A DNA stretch of 64,000 nucleotides from assembly GCA_977018835.1 (NCBI GenBank), contig OZ361258.1, positions 1,488,001 through 1,552,000 of the forward strand. The letters run 5' to 3'. The DNA is from Minutocellus sp. GHC0000111. Lineage: Eukaryota. The translations under genes and the position numbers were made by a program. Under the pieces are notes generated by a model. That model was not told where the DNA came from. It saw only the letters and a program-made list of their open reading frames with translations, and made no database searches. This document shows positions 10,891-21,931 of the stretch, piece by piece. Numbering within the stretch: the stretch's first letter is position 1; every line of letters begins with the position of its first letter.

Positions 10891-11867
10891 TCAGTTACGA
10901 CGCAAGCCACCACCGCAAGGATTGCACTTGGTGGCGTTGTCAACGTGGTTGGGCCCTTTGCAAGTGCATTCAAAGCTGGGGTGGTTGGACGAATAGCCGC
11001 ACGTGTGGCAATGATGGCCGCTGGGGAGGATCGACTGCAGTTCCCGCTTCTCCTGGCGGTTGAGGTTAGGACCTTGGCCTGGGAAGTGGCCGGCGCCGTT
11101 CTGCTGGCCACCGCCGCGGTAGCCTCCACTGCCACCAGCATGGTTGCGTCCCTCACGCAGAACGCGGTTCTCGGCCTTGAGTGAAGCTGTTTCTTGGCGA
11201 AGTTTGGCAATGGTATCATCCTTCTCGTTGCTCTTTTTGGCGAGGTTCGCCATCATGGCTTGGTTGGTCTTGAGGGCTTCGGTGGCATCAGCCAAAAGGA
11301 GATCGGCTCGAGAAAGAAATGGATCGTCCGAGGCCGATGAGGCCAAATTCGCGCCATGACATCCTGCCGCTTCGGTGGTGGTGTTGGCCATCTTCTTATC
11401 ACACCAATCGCGGAAGTCCGACTGCATGTTGGCCCACGTGCGTTCGGCCTCCGGTCTGTCGTCCCAGTCCTCGCATGCCTTCTTTGCCAATCAATGAGAA
11501 CCTGCGCACGGAGCGGTAGAACTTGGAGACCTTTTGCTTGTTGGTGAAGGGTTCGCCGGCCGTTTCAAACGCCTTGAAGACTTTGTTGAACATGGCGATG
11601 TGGGTGTCGATGGGTCCCCCGTCGTGCTGCTTCTCGAGCTGCTTCTCTAATTCCTCCTTCTCAGTCTCGTTGAATTTCAAGCAGCGATCGGCAATGCTGT
11701 CGATGATTTGGCGGATGGTGACTGGCTGGAAACCGAGCATGTCATCTTCGAGATGATTGATGTAGACGGCGTCGATCGAGTCGAGGAGGAGATTCTTGAG
11801 CGCCGTGTTGACTTGCTCGTACAAGTTGCAGTGGCCCTTTTCGATGTGATGTCCCCGGATTGCACGA
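10891..11867 (-). pseudogene. Copia gag, N-terminus missing, frameshift near 11490
   Basis: ALKNLLLDSIDAVYINHLEDDMLGF...ACEDWDDRPEAERTWANMQSDF...CHTCGYSSNHPSFEC...H zinc knuckle. Ends at a TGA in frame with pol. Confidence 0.85.
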
Positions 11868-11943
11868 ATGCAGGGGAGATGCATGCATTGTTTGATGGGC
11901 TGGTGCTGCAGGATGTGTTTTTTGACGGGCTGGTGCGGGTGGG

Positions 11944-12240
11944 GAGGTTTGACATGCTGAAGGTTTGCAACATGCTGTGGGCGAGGTTTGATGTGCTGAA
12001 TGTTTGATGCGCTGCTTCGGGTGGTGAGGTTTGATGTGCTGACTGAATGTTTGAGAATGTTTGATGCGCTGCTTCGGGTGTGAGGTTTGACATGCTGAAA
12101 ATGTTGTTTGCAACGTGCTTCGGGCGAGGTTTGATGTGCTGAAGGTTTGACATGCTGAAGGTTTGACTTGACTTGATGCGGGCGAGGTTTGACATGCTGA
12201 AGGTTTGCTGCTGCGGGCGGGTGAGGGCGAGGTTTGACAC
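11944..12240 (-). repeat. Degenerate minisatellite A, opposite orientation (GAGGTTTGACATGCTG units)
   Basis: Many gaggtttgacatgctg / gaggtttgatgtgctg units. These produce the spurious QHVKP-repeat ORF. Confidence 0.8.
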
Positions 12241-12266
12241 TAGGCCTAGCTAGCATGTGCTGATGG

Positions 12267-12465
12267 TGTTGACACCGTGGGATACGTACGTACGTATACA
12301 TACGTACGGTACGTACGGTGATCAGACCACTGACTCAGTGCCCTCTCCTGACCGTTGATCCATGGGCCAACGACATCTCCGATGGCCCATTTTTCATCTA
12401 CGTAGGTCCTATTAACCTCTACTAGCTATATCTATCTAGCTTAGCTTTAGGACCACCTCTTAGCA
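12267..12465 (+). repeat. 5' LTR (199 bp), now on the plus strand
   Basis: TGTTGACACC...TCTTAGCA, preceded by TSD GATGG (12262-12266) and followed by a putative primer site GACCTACGTGATG. Confidence 0.92.
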
Positions 12466-13096
12466 GACCTACGTGATGCATCTTTTCCACCCGTGCTCGC
12501 CCCATTTTGGCTCGCGCCTCACCGACCGGTTTGTGTCTTGGGTTCTCACTCGTCACGCAAGAAAAACCGACACATCTTCAATCGGCCAAAACGACCGTTT
12601 CTTTCGACAATATTGGAACGACGATCCAATCCCTTCCCCGAAAGTCCTGACCAGATCGACCCATCCAGTCGATCACGCTTCTCTGGATCGAACCTGCCTT
12701 CTGTCGATCGACCACACGTCTCGCACGATCGCGTTGGTCTAGATTGGCCACGGCGGGAATGGTGGGGCTGGGGCCAGGATTTGCCGGAGGCACATGTGGT
12801 CGGGGCCGTTACTTTTGGTGGTGTGTTCGGCATCGCTGACGATGAGGCCCAAATGGCCGAGGTTGTGGTCATTGCACCCCCTGCTGGAGTGCTGGCCGCC
12901 GCTTGTTGAAGCTCCTTGAGCGCTTTGGCAACACGCTCGCGTTGGAGAGGTTGTCCTGGGTCATTCATACGTGTGATTAACTTGGTGGGGAGAATCGGCG
13001 CTGCGCCGAGAGGTTGGCCAAAAACTGCGTCGGGATTCATGCTGGTGTTTCAGTCAGCGAAGAAGACAGGCAGCACGGCGGTGTGTTGCTGATCAA

Positions 13097-14115
13097 CAGC
13101 CCATCATCAGCCTGTCAAATAATGCATCCTGCATCAGCCCATCAAATAACACATCCTGCTTCAGCCCATCAAATAACACATCCTGCATCAGCCCGTCAAA
13201 CAATGCATCCTGCATCAGCCCGTCAAATAATGCATCCTGCATCAGCCCAGAGTTGGTCCCATTTTAGGTGAGCCACTCAGCAACATTCGGATTTTCACTA
13301 ACTTCGCTCGCGTTGTCGGACGACGGAAAGACCGATGCTCATCCATTTTTTCTCCCGAACGAAGCTCATCATGGTGACCCCCGCTCCTGGCTGCTACACA
13401 TTTTCAAGGTAAGATATGGGCATTCCCGAGGCTGGCCGATAACATTGCGCTACGTATGCGAAAGTTTCAGCTTGATTGGCATGCTATTGTATGAGAAAAT
13501 ATAAATCAAAACAATCAACCTGTGTTCGAGTACGCGAAAAAGGGCCGCGGATGAGACATGATACCAAGAGAGCCACAGTCGCCCAATCCACCCAGAATTG
13601 CAGAGATACGCGCCCAAGATATGTATGAAAATGATTATGTGGTTGATTGTTGTGTATTTTGTTTGTATCCGCCCCCGAATCGGCCGCCAATGAGAGAAAA
13701 AATTTCGTCCGGCGTCGTCGTTTTTCTCGCGAAACTTTGCCCCCACCAAACACATGTTGTGCTTGGAATTTTTGAGCTGCGCCTTCGATGCCACAGGGTG
13801 TCTAGATGTGTGGCATTTGCTCAGAATTCTCGATTCTCCCATTCATTCCAGAGATTCTTGGGGGCAAAGGTCGGCCGGTCGAGTGGCTCACCTAAAGCTG
13901 GACCTACTCCCCATCAAATAGTGCATCCTGCATCAGCCCTCTATGCGACACCCTCTCCTACAGCCCGTCAAATAATACATCCTGTATCAGCCCGTCAAAT
14001 AGCACATCCTGCATCAGCCCGTCAAATAATGCATCCTGCATTAGCCCGTCAAAAAACAAATCCTCTGCATCAGCCCGTCAAACAACATGTCCTGCTGCAT
14101 CAGCCCGTCAAACAC
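13097..14115 (+). repeat. 27-bp minisatellite B (CATCCTGCATCAGCCCGTCAAATAATG), split by a TIR element; further copies reverse-complemented at 11868-11940
   Basis: Tandem copies at 13097-13249 and 13910-14115. These give HPASARQIM repeats in the spurious ORFs. Confidence 0.9.
13250..13909. mobile_element. 660-bp non-autonomous DNA transposon (MITE-like), 29-bp TIRs, 4-bp TSD CCCA; Sola-like termini
   Basis: TIRs at 13250-13278 and 13881-13909 match at 25/29. CCCA at 13246-13249 and 13910-13913. Removing the element restores a satellite unit. Termini are GAG...CTC. Confidence 0.85.
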
Positions 14116-14599
14116 TCATGCAAAATGCACACACTACAACTTTGACATAGATCTAGACTCTAAAAAATCACACATTCCAGAAAAGAAAAGTTTGTGCATG
14201 TTACAAATGTAATGGGAACTACATGTAGCACGAGGTGCCGTAGCATTTCCTGAGAGAGAAAACTAGCACGAAGTGCCACAGTGTGTGTTGAATCTACATG
14301 TGCCTTCAAAAACCACTTTACGTGTCATGCACACACACAGAAACGCTTTCCGTTGCTTAGATTTTAACAACGCAACGTGCTTATGCTCCCATTCAACTCA
14401 TCGGGGCACCCGGGCCATCTGCTGTAGGGCAACTGTCCACACGAATTTGACTATGTGCCGGAACAAAGGAAATGCTAGCAAACTATCTCTAGTAGCTAGC
14501 ATGCGCGCAGATGGGCACCCCCTCCCTGAGCGTGCGTTAGCCACTAGAACATCATCGCACCAGCACTAAACACGCATTGAACGCGTGCTCAGGCTTTTT

Positions 14600-17500
14600 A
14601 TGCATACGCCGCCGCCCCAGCCAGGCGCGGCCGAGACCGAGAACAGGTCAGCCACAAACAGCCCATGTAGCACGCCACCTGCTGGGGCATCGTACAAATT
14701 TGGTCGCGGGAACAATGATCACCGAAGACGACGACGGCACGAGAGGGAAGAAGGGCGCCGAGAAGATGGCGATGGCTGCGGCATGGCGAGTCGACAGGTT
14801 GACGATGACAGTAGTACTGCGCAGTCGGTTTTGCAGCAGGAGCAGCAGTCGTCAGACAGACAAGTACACTTGCCTTGCGTTGAAGCAAGCCCAAGCAGCA
14901 GCTGCGCATGCGGTGGCGAGATTGCTGGGACATGCGTCGACCGCAGACTCAATAGGAAGGCAGCCGCCGGCGGCGCCGCCGCCGCCGTATCTGGGACCGC
15001 CACTTCTGAGAATGCTCGACGGGGCGGCAGTCCACATGCAGACCCGATGAGGCCGAGAGAGATTGAGCGCGAAGGACAGATATCCGTAAGATCCAGCGTC
15101 GGCGGTGGCGATCATCCGTCCGAGGCCGGAGGAGCCCAAGGTGGCAGTACCGGTACATCTACGTCTCCTGGCAGCCTGCCGTTTCAGGTGACTGCCATGT
15201 CAAGGGACGGTAGCGCACCGTCGAGGGTCCTCAGCCAGCCGGGAGCGTATCGGGTGAGGCCATACTTTCCTTCGGTCCCCACCACGACATTGGCAAGGTC
15301 GTCCGAGTATGTTGGCGAATCTGAACCGATGGACGCGCAGGTGCACGTCGTGGCCGATGCGGAAATTGTGATGGAGGGAGACGGTTCGACGGGTGCTGTC
15401 CTGCCTCCAGATGCGGTATCGGTATGGAGGGGGTCATCACTCGCGTTGGTGTCTGGAAGCCCGTCTGTTTCTGACGATGTGCGGCGGATCAGTGAGGTTA
15501 CTGCTGCGCTCATTAGTAGTGTCTGTGGCGGTGCTGTCAGAGAGGCCGTTCGGTCCTTGTTGGAGACGGTGGTGGAGTCTGGAGAGGCGCAGCAGCAGAG
15601 GGTATTTCCCCATGTAATGACAGTTCTGGTCGGTCCTGCTTCGTCTTCAACATTGCATCAACCAAGAACGATAGAAGCGGCAGTAGATGCCACGGAAGTG
15701 GCAAGTCACGTGGTGCACAAAGCGTCCGTGAGGGAAAAGTTTCACGACGGAGTGGCCTGGATATCCCTTGGGGAGTCCTCTTTGTCTGGGCGACGGACGC
15801 GGCGAAGACTAACGCCGATTGAGTATCGAGATGTACTACTTACGATATCTGAGCATATCACGTTGACGACTTACCAGGGCGATATTGATCATTTGACATC
15901 CGAGCTTTGGAGCTTTGCCTTTGAACAGATCGAGATCGAGGACGAGGACGAGGACGATTCATCCTCGAGGCGAAATGATATTGGCAGATTAAAGGCTTTG
16001 TTTGCACCTTTTATTGTCAGAAAGCACGCCTTGGTGGTTTTGGATGGTGTAGTGCACCGAGAAGACCTGGACCTGTTCTTCTTTGGTCAAGCTGAGTATC
16101 GCGTCCTTGCCACAACAACGTCGGGTGACTTTGATACTTCGGAGAACGTAGGAGCGGGCCAGTCTTCAGCAGCTTGCAATTTTCATGTCATACGTCTTGA
16201 CTTTCCGGGGAGTACATGTACGGACACTTTTCAAGACGAAACTGACGATGAAGATGAAGATGGCCCTTCTCCTTCTGACAACGGCATGCTCGAGGCACGT
16301 CCTGTTGGCGGATCTTTGCACCAGTCAACTTCTGTGGCGGCGATTCCATATGACGTTCCTGCTCCTCCTCGCGCTGTCCTTCATCTTGAGAGAATAGTGT
16401 CGGGTATCGTGAGCTCTCTTCTCAAGGTCCCCGAAGATGACGATGGCGATGGCAGCAGCAAATTAAACGAAGTGGTTGTAATAGGAGGAATGGGAGGCAT
16501 CGGCAAGACAACACAAGCTACTCTTGTTGTGCATAACTACGAAATACTGGAAGCCTTCCGTGGTGGCCTGGCGTGGGTATCGCTTGGAACCACAAAGCTT
16601 TCTCCAATCGATTATCGAGATAAGCTCCTCACCATATGTGCCCACGTATTACTTACGGATGCGAGACTTGCACATGCCGTCCAAAAATCTCTGGAAGGTT
16701 TCATATTTGGGTCATCACCATCCTCGGATCTTGCCAAACTGAAGGCCCTCTTTGCACCATTTATCGTCGAGAAGCGCATCCTTTTGGTCCTTGACAACGT
16801 GTGGCATCACGAGGACCTGGCGCTCTTTTCCTTCGGCACGATATATCAAGGATCCGGTGTATCACCGGCATACCGCATTCTCGCCACCACTCGTCAGCTT
16901 GATCTTTCGCGTAGATCTAATTTCATTCATCTTGATGTCTTGAGCGACTCCGAAGCGCTCCAGCTGCTGGAAAAGATTTCTGGTGTTGCTGGAATAGCAG
17001 ATGATCCCGATGCGACTGATCTCGTCGGTCTCTGTGGAAACATTCCATTGGCTATTGCGTCGACAGGAATGCTTCTCCGAAGCGAAGCATCGAATACAGC
17101 GGTTTCCGCTGACAGAGTAAAGGATTTGGTTTCTAGATGTCGATCTAGAATTCAAAGCGACGGCAAGAACTTCGATAGCAGCGGCTCTACTTGTTCCAGC
17201 ATCTTTGATTTTACCTTCAACATGCACGGAGAGAGCTCGGAGGTCCTTCGAACTTGTTTTGCAATGATATGTAGCTGCTTTACAAACGAGAAAGAAATAC
17301 GTCCCCGTATCCCTTCCGTTGCCGTCTTTGCCCTGGTCACCGACATAATTTCTGGCGATGAGTACCTTTCCAACCAACAAATCTTGACGATTCGAAAAGA
17401 TCTTCAGCTAACGGAAGAGCATATCATCAAGACTTTATTGTCGCTCGACTTCATCGAGGAGGTGGAGGATGCCGATTCGTCAAGTAGTATGCCTATGCTT

Positions 17501-19590
17501 CGAATTCACCACGATCTACAAGCTGACTATGGACTGAAGTGTGCTGCTGAAATTGAGAAGAACATGTGCCATCGTCAAGAGAAGGAGGTCAGTGCTCCAC
17601 GGAACACTTTGCAAGAGCTTCGCTTCCGTCTCGCCGAGTTATTGCTGCATCGGCTAACTTCAAAGGAGATTGAACTGCATGTGTTTCTTATTGTCTTCCT
17701 GCTAAATGAAGGAAGCGCAACAAGTCCACTCGATGATGCTAAGCGTACGAAGTTCGCCGAGCTCTATTTGACCGCCGCCACAAAAGCAATGAGCAGCTTT
17801 GCCTACGAGCAGGCGTTTCAACACGCAACAGGGGGCACCCGCCTGTTGCTTCCGGCCGAATCGTCGGAGACAAATATTACTTCCTTGCTGCTTCGCAAGC
17901 AAACATCGAATTTGGACTTGTGGATAAATCTTTTGTCAACTTTGGCAGAATCCTTATACTACACAGGTGATCATGCTACGGCGCAAAAGTACTGCAGGGA
18001 GGTGATATCCTGTGGAGAAATTCCGCTTCGAAAACAGATGCGCATGTACAAAATCTTGCTGGATTCTTTGAATGCCCAGGATCGTCCGGCTGAAGCCGAA
18101 GCTCTTTGCCTTGGTCTTTTGGAAAAGCTTGGGTGTCGATTTGCCTCTGGCAAGCGCCGGAGAGCATTTGTCACTGTGACTGGAATAATAAAAACCAAGA
18201 TGACTCTGGAGAAAACTTTACAGAGGATATCAAGGCAGCCTGTACTAGTTGATGAAACGAACGTTTGGTTATTGGCATCGCTGGATCAACTTCTTGCCTT
18301 CATGTATCACACGCAATCTGATCTCTTGCCGATCGCCGTTTTTCGGGGAATAAAATACTTGGCGGATTGGGGAATCACTGAAGTGGCACCAACGCTTGTC
18401 ACGTCAGTCGGCATTATCTTTTCAGGTGTTTTGGGTGACTTCAAGGCTGGCATGCTCTGTGCGAAAACGGCGATTGAGCTACTCGAGAAAGTTGACAACG
18501 CCAAGCGGGCTAGAGCTAAAACGCTTTTCTGTATCGGCTGGTTGCTCATGCACTATCAGGTGCCAGAGGAAGAGTGTAAAAAGTTACTGCTTGAAGCACA
18601 TGAAGTTGGCCTGTTGAGTGGCGACGTTGACCACGCAGCTTGGGCGGCAAATGGTTACCTTGAGATGTGTTTTTACACTGGAAACTCGCTCGTGTCCCTT
18701 GATAAGGAATTTGGCGTGTATTTGAGGCAACTGAAGGAGCTTGGCACTGACGCAGCATGTCAAAATATGACAATGATGCACCAAGCGATACGGAACATTA
18801 TGGGTCGAGACGAAGGCGACCATTCCATCCTCAAGGGGGCTATCTTTGACGCCGTTAAGGCCGAGGAGGACATGAAGCAACCGATTGCAGGTGCTTCTAA
18901 GACGACCACCACCACTTACACAAATATGAATCGTCTGAAAATTGAAGTGGCGTTTTGGGCTGGCGATTATTCTTCGGTGCTGCAGATCGCCTCAGAATGC
19001 AGAGCTCATAAAGGATCCTTCGAAAAAGAATTAATCGGAGTCTACTCTGTCGCAGGGCCATTGAATTTTCATATCTCACTCGCCGCGTTCGCTACTTACA
19101 GCAAAACGAAGGAAAAGAGGCATAAGAAGCTCGCGTATCATTTTGCAAAAAAGATCAAAGCTCTTTCTTCTCAAGGAGTGAGTTCATGATGTAGGAATTC
19201 CTACAATGCATGTCAGCAGTGTATTTTTTGTTTTAACCTCTGAATCATCCTCACAGTCGTTCGGTCACATCCTTTCAAATGAATGCTCGCTCGCAGGATC
19301 CCAACGTGATTCATTTCAACTATATCCTTTGTGCAGAGAAAGATTTGATCAAGAAGCGCTATGTGCAAGCCATCGAACACTACGAATTGGCCGCTAATCG
19401 ATGTCAAGAGACAAGTTGTACGAACTACGGAGCACTGACCCAAGAACGCTTGGGCGACTGCTACCAAAAGCAGGGCCTTATCCTCGACGCTCAGAAGCAT
19501 TACAAGACAGCCATTGAGTTGTATGACGAGTGGGGCGCTCGACATTGCTCAGCAAGACTTCGACCGTTGCTTTTGCTCCGTGGTAGATAG
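14600..19590 (+). CDS. NLR-like STAND protein: degenerate NB-ARC + intact NB-ARC + TPR-like helical region; intron 19178-19296
   Basis: P-loop GMGGIGKTT, FRGGLAWVSLG, ILLVLDNVW, ILATTR, CGNIPLAI, IHHDL (MHD-like). An upstream copy reads FHDGVAWISLG / LVVLDGV / YRVLATT. GGA|gtgagt...cag|GAT splices in frame to a final exon. Confidence 0.85.
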
Positions 19591-20316
19591 TAGCCATTCT
19601 TTTGCTGATTCATTTGTAATCGACAGTAGCATACATGTAGCAACAGGATCACTACTAGTAGCACTCTACCCCTTATTACTTTCCGCCTTCAGTGGTAGCG
19701 AGTCCCGAAGGAGCTGTCCGTTGGTAGAATGCGTCGTACGCATCCTCCTGCGATGACATGGTATCAAGTAGATTTGCGCCTGACCATTACCACTGCCGGT
19801 CTTTCCAATGGTACGGTTCGTTGCCTTTCTGCTGTCGGTCCTCAAATGTAAATAAGTCCAGCAGCCTATCTGTCCCCATGCTGTATTCATAGAATTGATT
19901 GCGAGAAGTCACAAAGCCCGGCTCATTTCCATTTTTGATGGTCGATTGGAGTCTCATAGTCTTCTCCTCAATGGCTCAATACAGAAAATCAGCCGGGGTT
20001 TTCGTCCGTCTGCCGTACGTAAGTAGATACGTCAGTGGCAACGGCTCGGATGGCTCATCTTTGTGAAGTATCGTTGCAACGGTATCCTTTGAGGACCGAC
20101 CGTTAGCTAAGTTATAGGGCTAGTTAGCCAAGTACAACTGTGTGTCATCGATAGCATTACGCCGCCGGCGAAGTTTCTGTATCTGCTGTGCGGGACCAGG
20201 ACCAGATGCTTCAAAACGGGATCAAGACACGTGGATGGATGGATGGAGACCGCGCGGGAACCGCGCGCGGGCCATCCCCATCCTATTTCACCCGACCAAA
20301 GCCAAAAGGCCAAGCC

Positions 20317-21321
20317 ATGCCCCGCTTTAGCGATCAGTGGGTCGTAGATCGTACCCTATTCGAGTTCGCGACGGGTGGCTCCTGCGCCTGCTGCGGCTTT
20401 TCCCACCTCTTCCTTCCCAACGGACTCAAAGGTCTGATCGACGAGGTCAGCGATCTGGAAACCGACGCCGCCAACAATGAGTTTGAGGCCGCTCAGAAAA
20501 GTCCGTGGCCACCGACCATGCGCGACCAGGTGTGGGCCGATCGGGTGCGGTTGCGCCATCTGATGAAGAAGGAGATGGGGCAGTATTCCGATTTTATGAC
20601 GGAAGTTGGCGGCACGGAGGGACTGAAACAATTTTTGATGAACGAGGTGGGACCGTCCAAATTGCGCCGCATCATACAAATGCCACGGACGGAGGTTACC
20701 GAGCGCGTTCGATCGCAGTACGGCATCCACTCGGCACTGGGCATTGTTATTTGTGCCGTCGTGGAACAGGTGGCCAACTTTGAGATGACAAAGTATCCTG
20801 CTGACGGTCGATCAGAGGCTGAGTTGGCCTTTGAGTCCATGCTCAAGTACGATCGACGAGGCGGCTTTATCCTGCCCATTGCCAGTCGGAACGAGGAGAC
20901 ACGAAAATTTGATATCATGAATGAAGACGCATTGGATGTGCTAGTTAAAATGGTGGAAAGCTTGGGCGGTCCCAAGTTGCTGCACCGAGCTCCGAAAAAG
21001 CCGAAGCCAAAAGCTGATGACGGTAGCGGCGATGAAGAAGATGACAGCGACGATGACGAAGGCGGTGCCGATGATGCCGATGAGGCCCCCGTCCCTGGAC
21101 AGACCGGTCCAAGCTTTAGATCAGATCGGCGTATCATTCGATTGCTAATTGCTCGGTATTGGGCCGACCAAATCATTCAGAAATACAAGACATTGAAAAA
21201 GGAGCAAGAAGTGGCTGCCAATGGCGACAAGGAGGACGGACAAGATCCAAAAGATACTAGCAAGAGCGAGGATGTAGTCGAAGCTGTGACGGCCGGAGTT
21301 GAGTCATTAAGTACATCATAA
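20317..21321 (+). CDS. Hypothetical protein with N-terminal CxCCG motif
   Basis: Long ORF with gene-like composition, ATG at 20317. Its 5' end is conserved synonymously in the copy at 4766. Confidence 0.75.
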   Translation: MPRFSDQWVVDRTLFEFATGGSCACCGFSHLFLPNGLKGLIDEVSDLETDAANNEFEAAQKSPWPPTMRDQVWADRVRLRHLMKKEMGQYSDFMTEVGGTEGLKQFLMNEVGPSKLRRIIQMPRTEVTERVRSQYGIHSALGIVICAVVEQVANFEMTKYPADGRSEAELAFESMLKYDRRGGFILPIASRNEETRKFDIMNEDALDVLVKMVESLGGPKLLHRAPKKPKPKADDGSGDEEDDSDDDEGGADDADEAPVPGQTGPSFRSDRRIIRLLIARYWADQIIQKYKTLKKEQEVAANGDKEDGQDPKDTSKSEDVVEAVTAGVESLSTS

Positions 21322-21739
21322 TGCATAAAAGCGTAGATAAAAATGAAGATTAGATCGAGAGCAAGCCGATCACCATATCATGCTAATCGTGCGTCTGCGT
21401 TTGTGTTTGTGAAGATCTCCAACATTTCGCGAAATCAACTCTCAGCATCCCCAATCCAGGTAGAAATGCTAAAGCCATATATCGGTGCAACACATCCGCC
21501 ACTTACTGCGCTCTTTTTTTATCAATATCAATCATTTGGAACCAATCTGGAACCACATTTGAAGTTCCACGGTGACGCACGCCCGACGCTCCACTCCCGA
21601 CGCTCTTCTGTTCACATGTAAATATTTATTGCATAGCCAAAAATCACACCATATCCCCCATCAGATTGTCCAAAAACAAAGCCTCCACCATTCGGCTTCG
21701 AATCAATTATTTGTTCTCATCTTTCGATTCATCCAGTAT

Positions 21740-21931
21740 TTACTCGGCATGTCCATCGAGGGAGAAACCCTTCTTGATGCGCTTGGCCTTCTCCTTGTCT
21801 TCGGTCTCGAAGCCGGAGAGAAGCACGTAGAACAATGCGAGCAGAGGCGACAAGGCGAAGAAAACCTTCACGGCGTTGATGGCCATCTGGGCCGGGGTGA
21901 GCGGCTCGTCCTCCTTTCCGACTGTTGGCAT
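21740..21931 (-). CDS. Small single-pass membrane protein (63 aa)
   Basis: MPTVGKEDEPLTPAQMAINAVKVFFALSPLLALFYVLLSGFETEDKEKAKRIKKGFSLDGHAE, with one hydrophobic helix and GC3-rich codons. Confidence 0.55.
   Translation of the reverse strand: MPTVGKEDEPLTPAQMAINAVKVFFALSPLLALFYVLLSGFETEDKEKAKRIKKGFSLDGHAE

Larger units (their letters stand above)
6461..13095 (-). mobile_element. Ty1/copia (diatom CoDi-like) LTR retrotransposon, decayed, with its 5' portion inverted
   Basis: gag-PR-IN-RT-RH order on the minus strand. Two near-identical TG...CA LTRs, a 5-bp TSD GATGG on both outer LTR ends, and PPT-like CTGCGAGGGTG next to the 3' LTR. Confidence 0.92.

Noticed and set aside
11870..12301. N-terminal QHVKP-repeat extension of gag (ORF 11399-12301)
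   Set aside because: It is satellite DNA juxtaposed to gag by the inversion, not genuine gag sequence.
6461..12465. DIRS-like or novel inverted-terminal-repeat retroelement
   Set aside because: It has a DDE integrase in Copia order, TG...CA LTRs, a PPT and a 5-bp TSD. A single inversion explains the orientation.
13097..14115. 27-bp repeat array as CRISPR, or as a coding HPASARQ repeat protein
   Set aside because: No unique spacers, degenerate copies, interrupted by a MITE and an inversion; a minisatellite.
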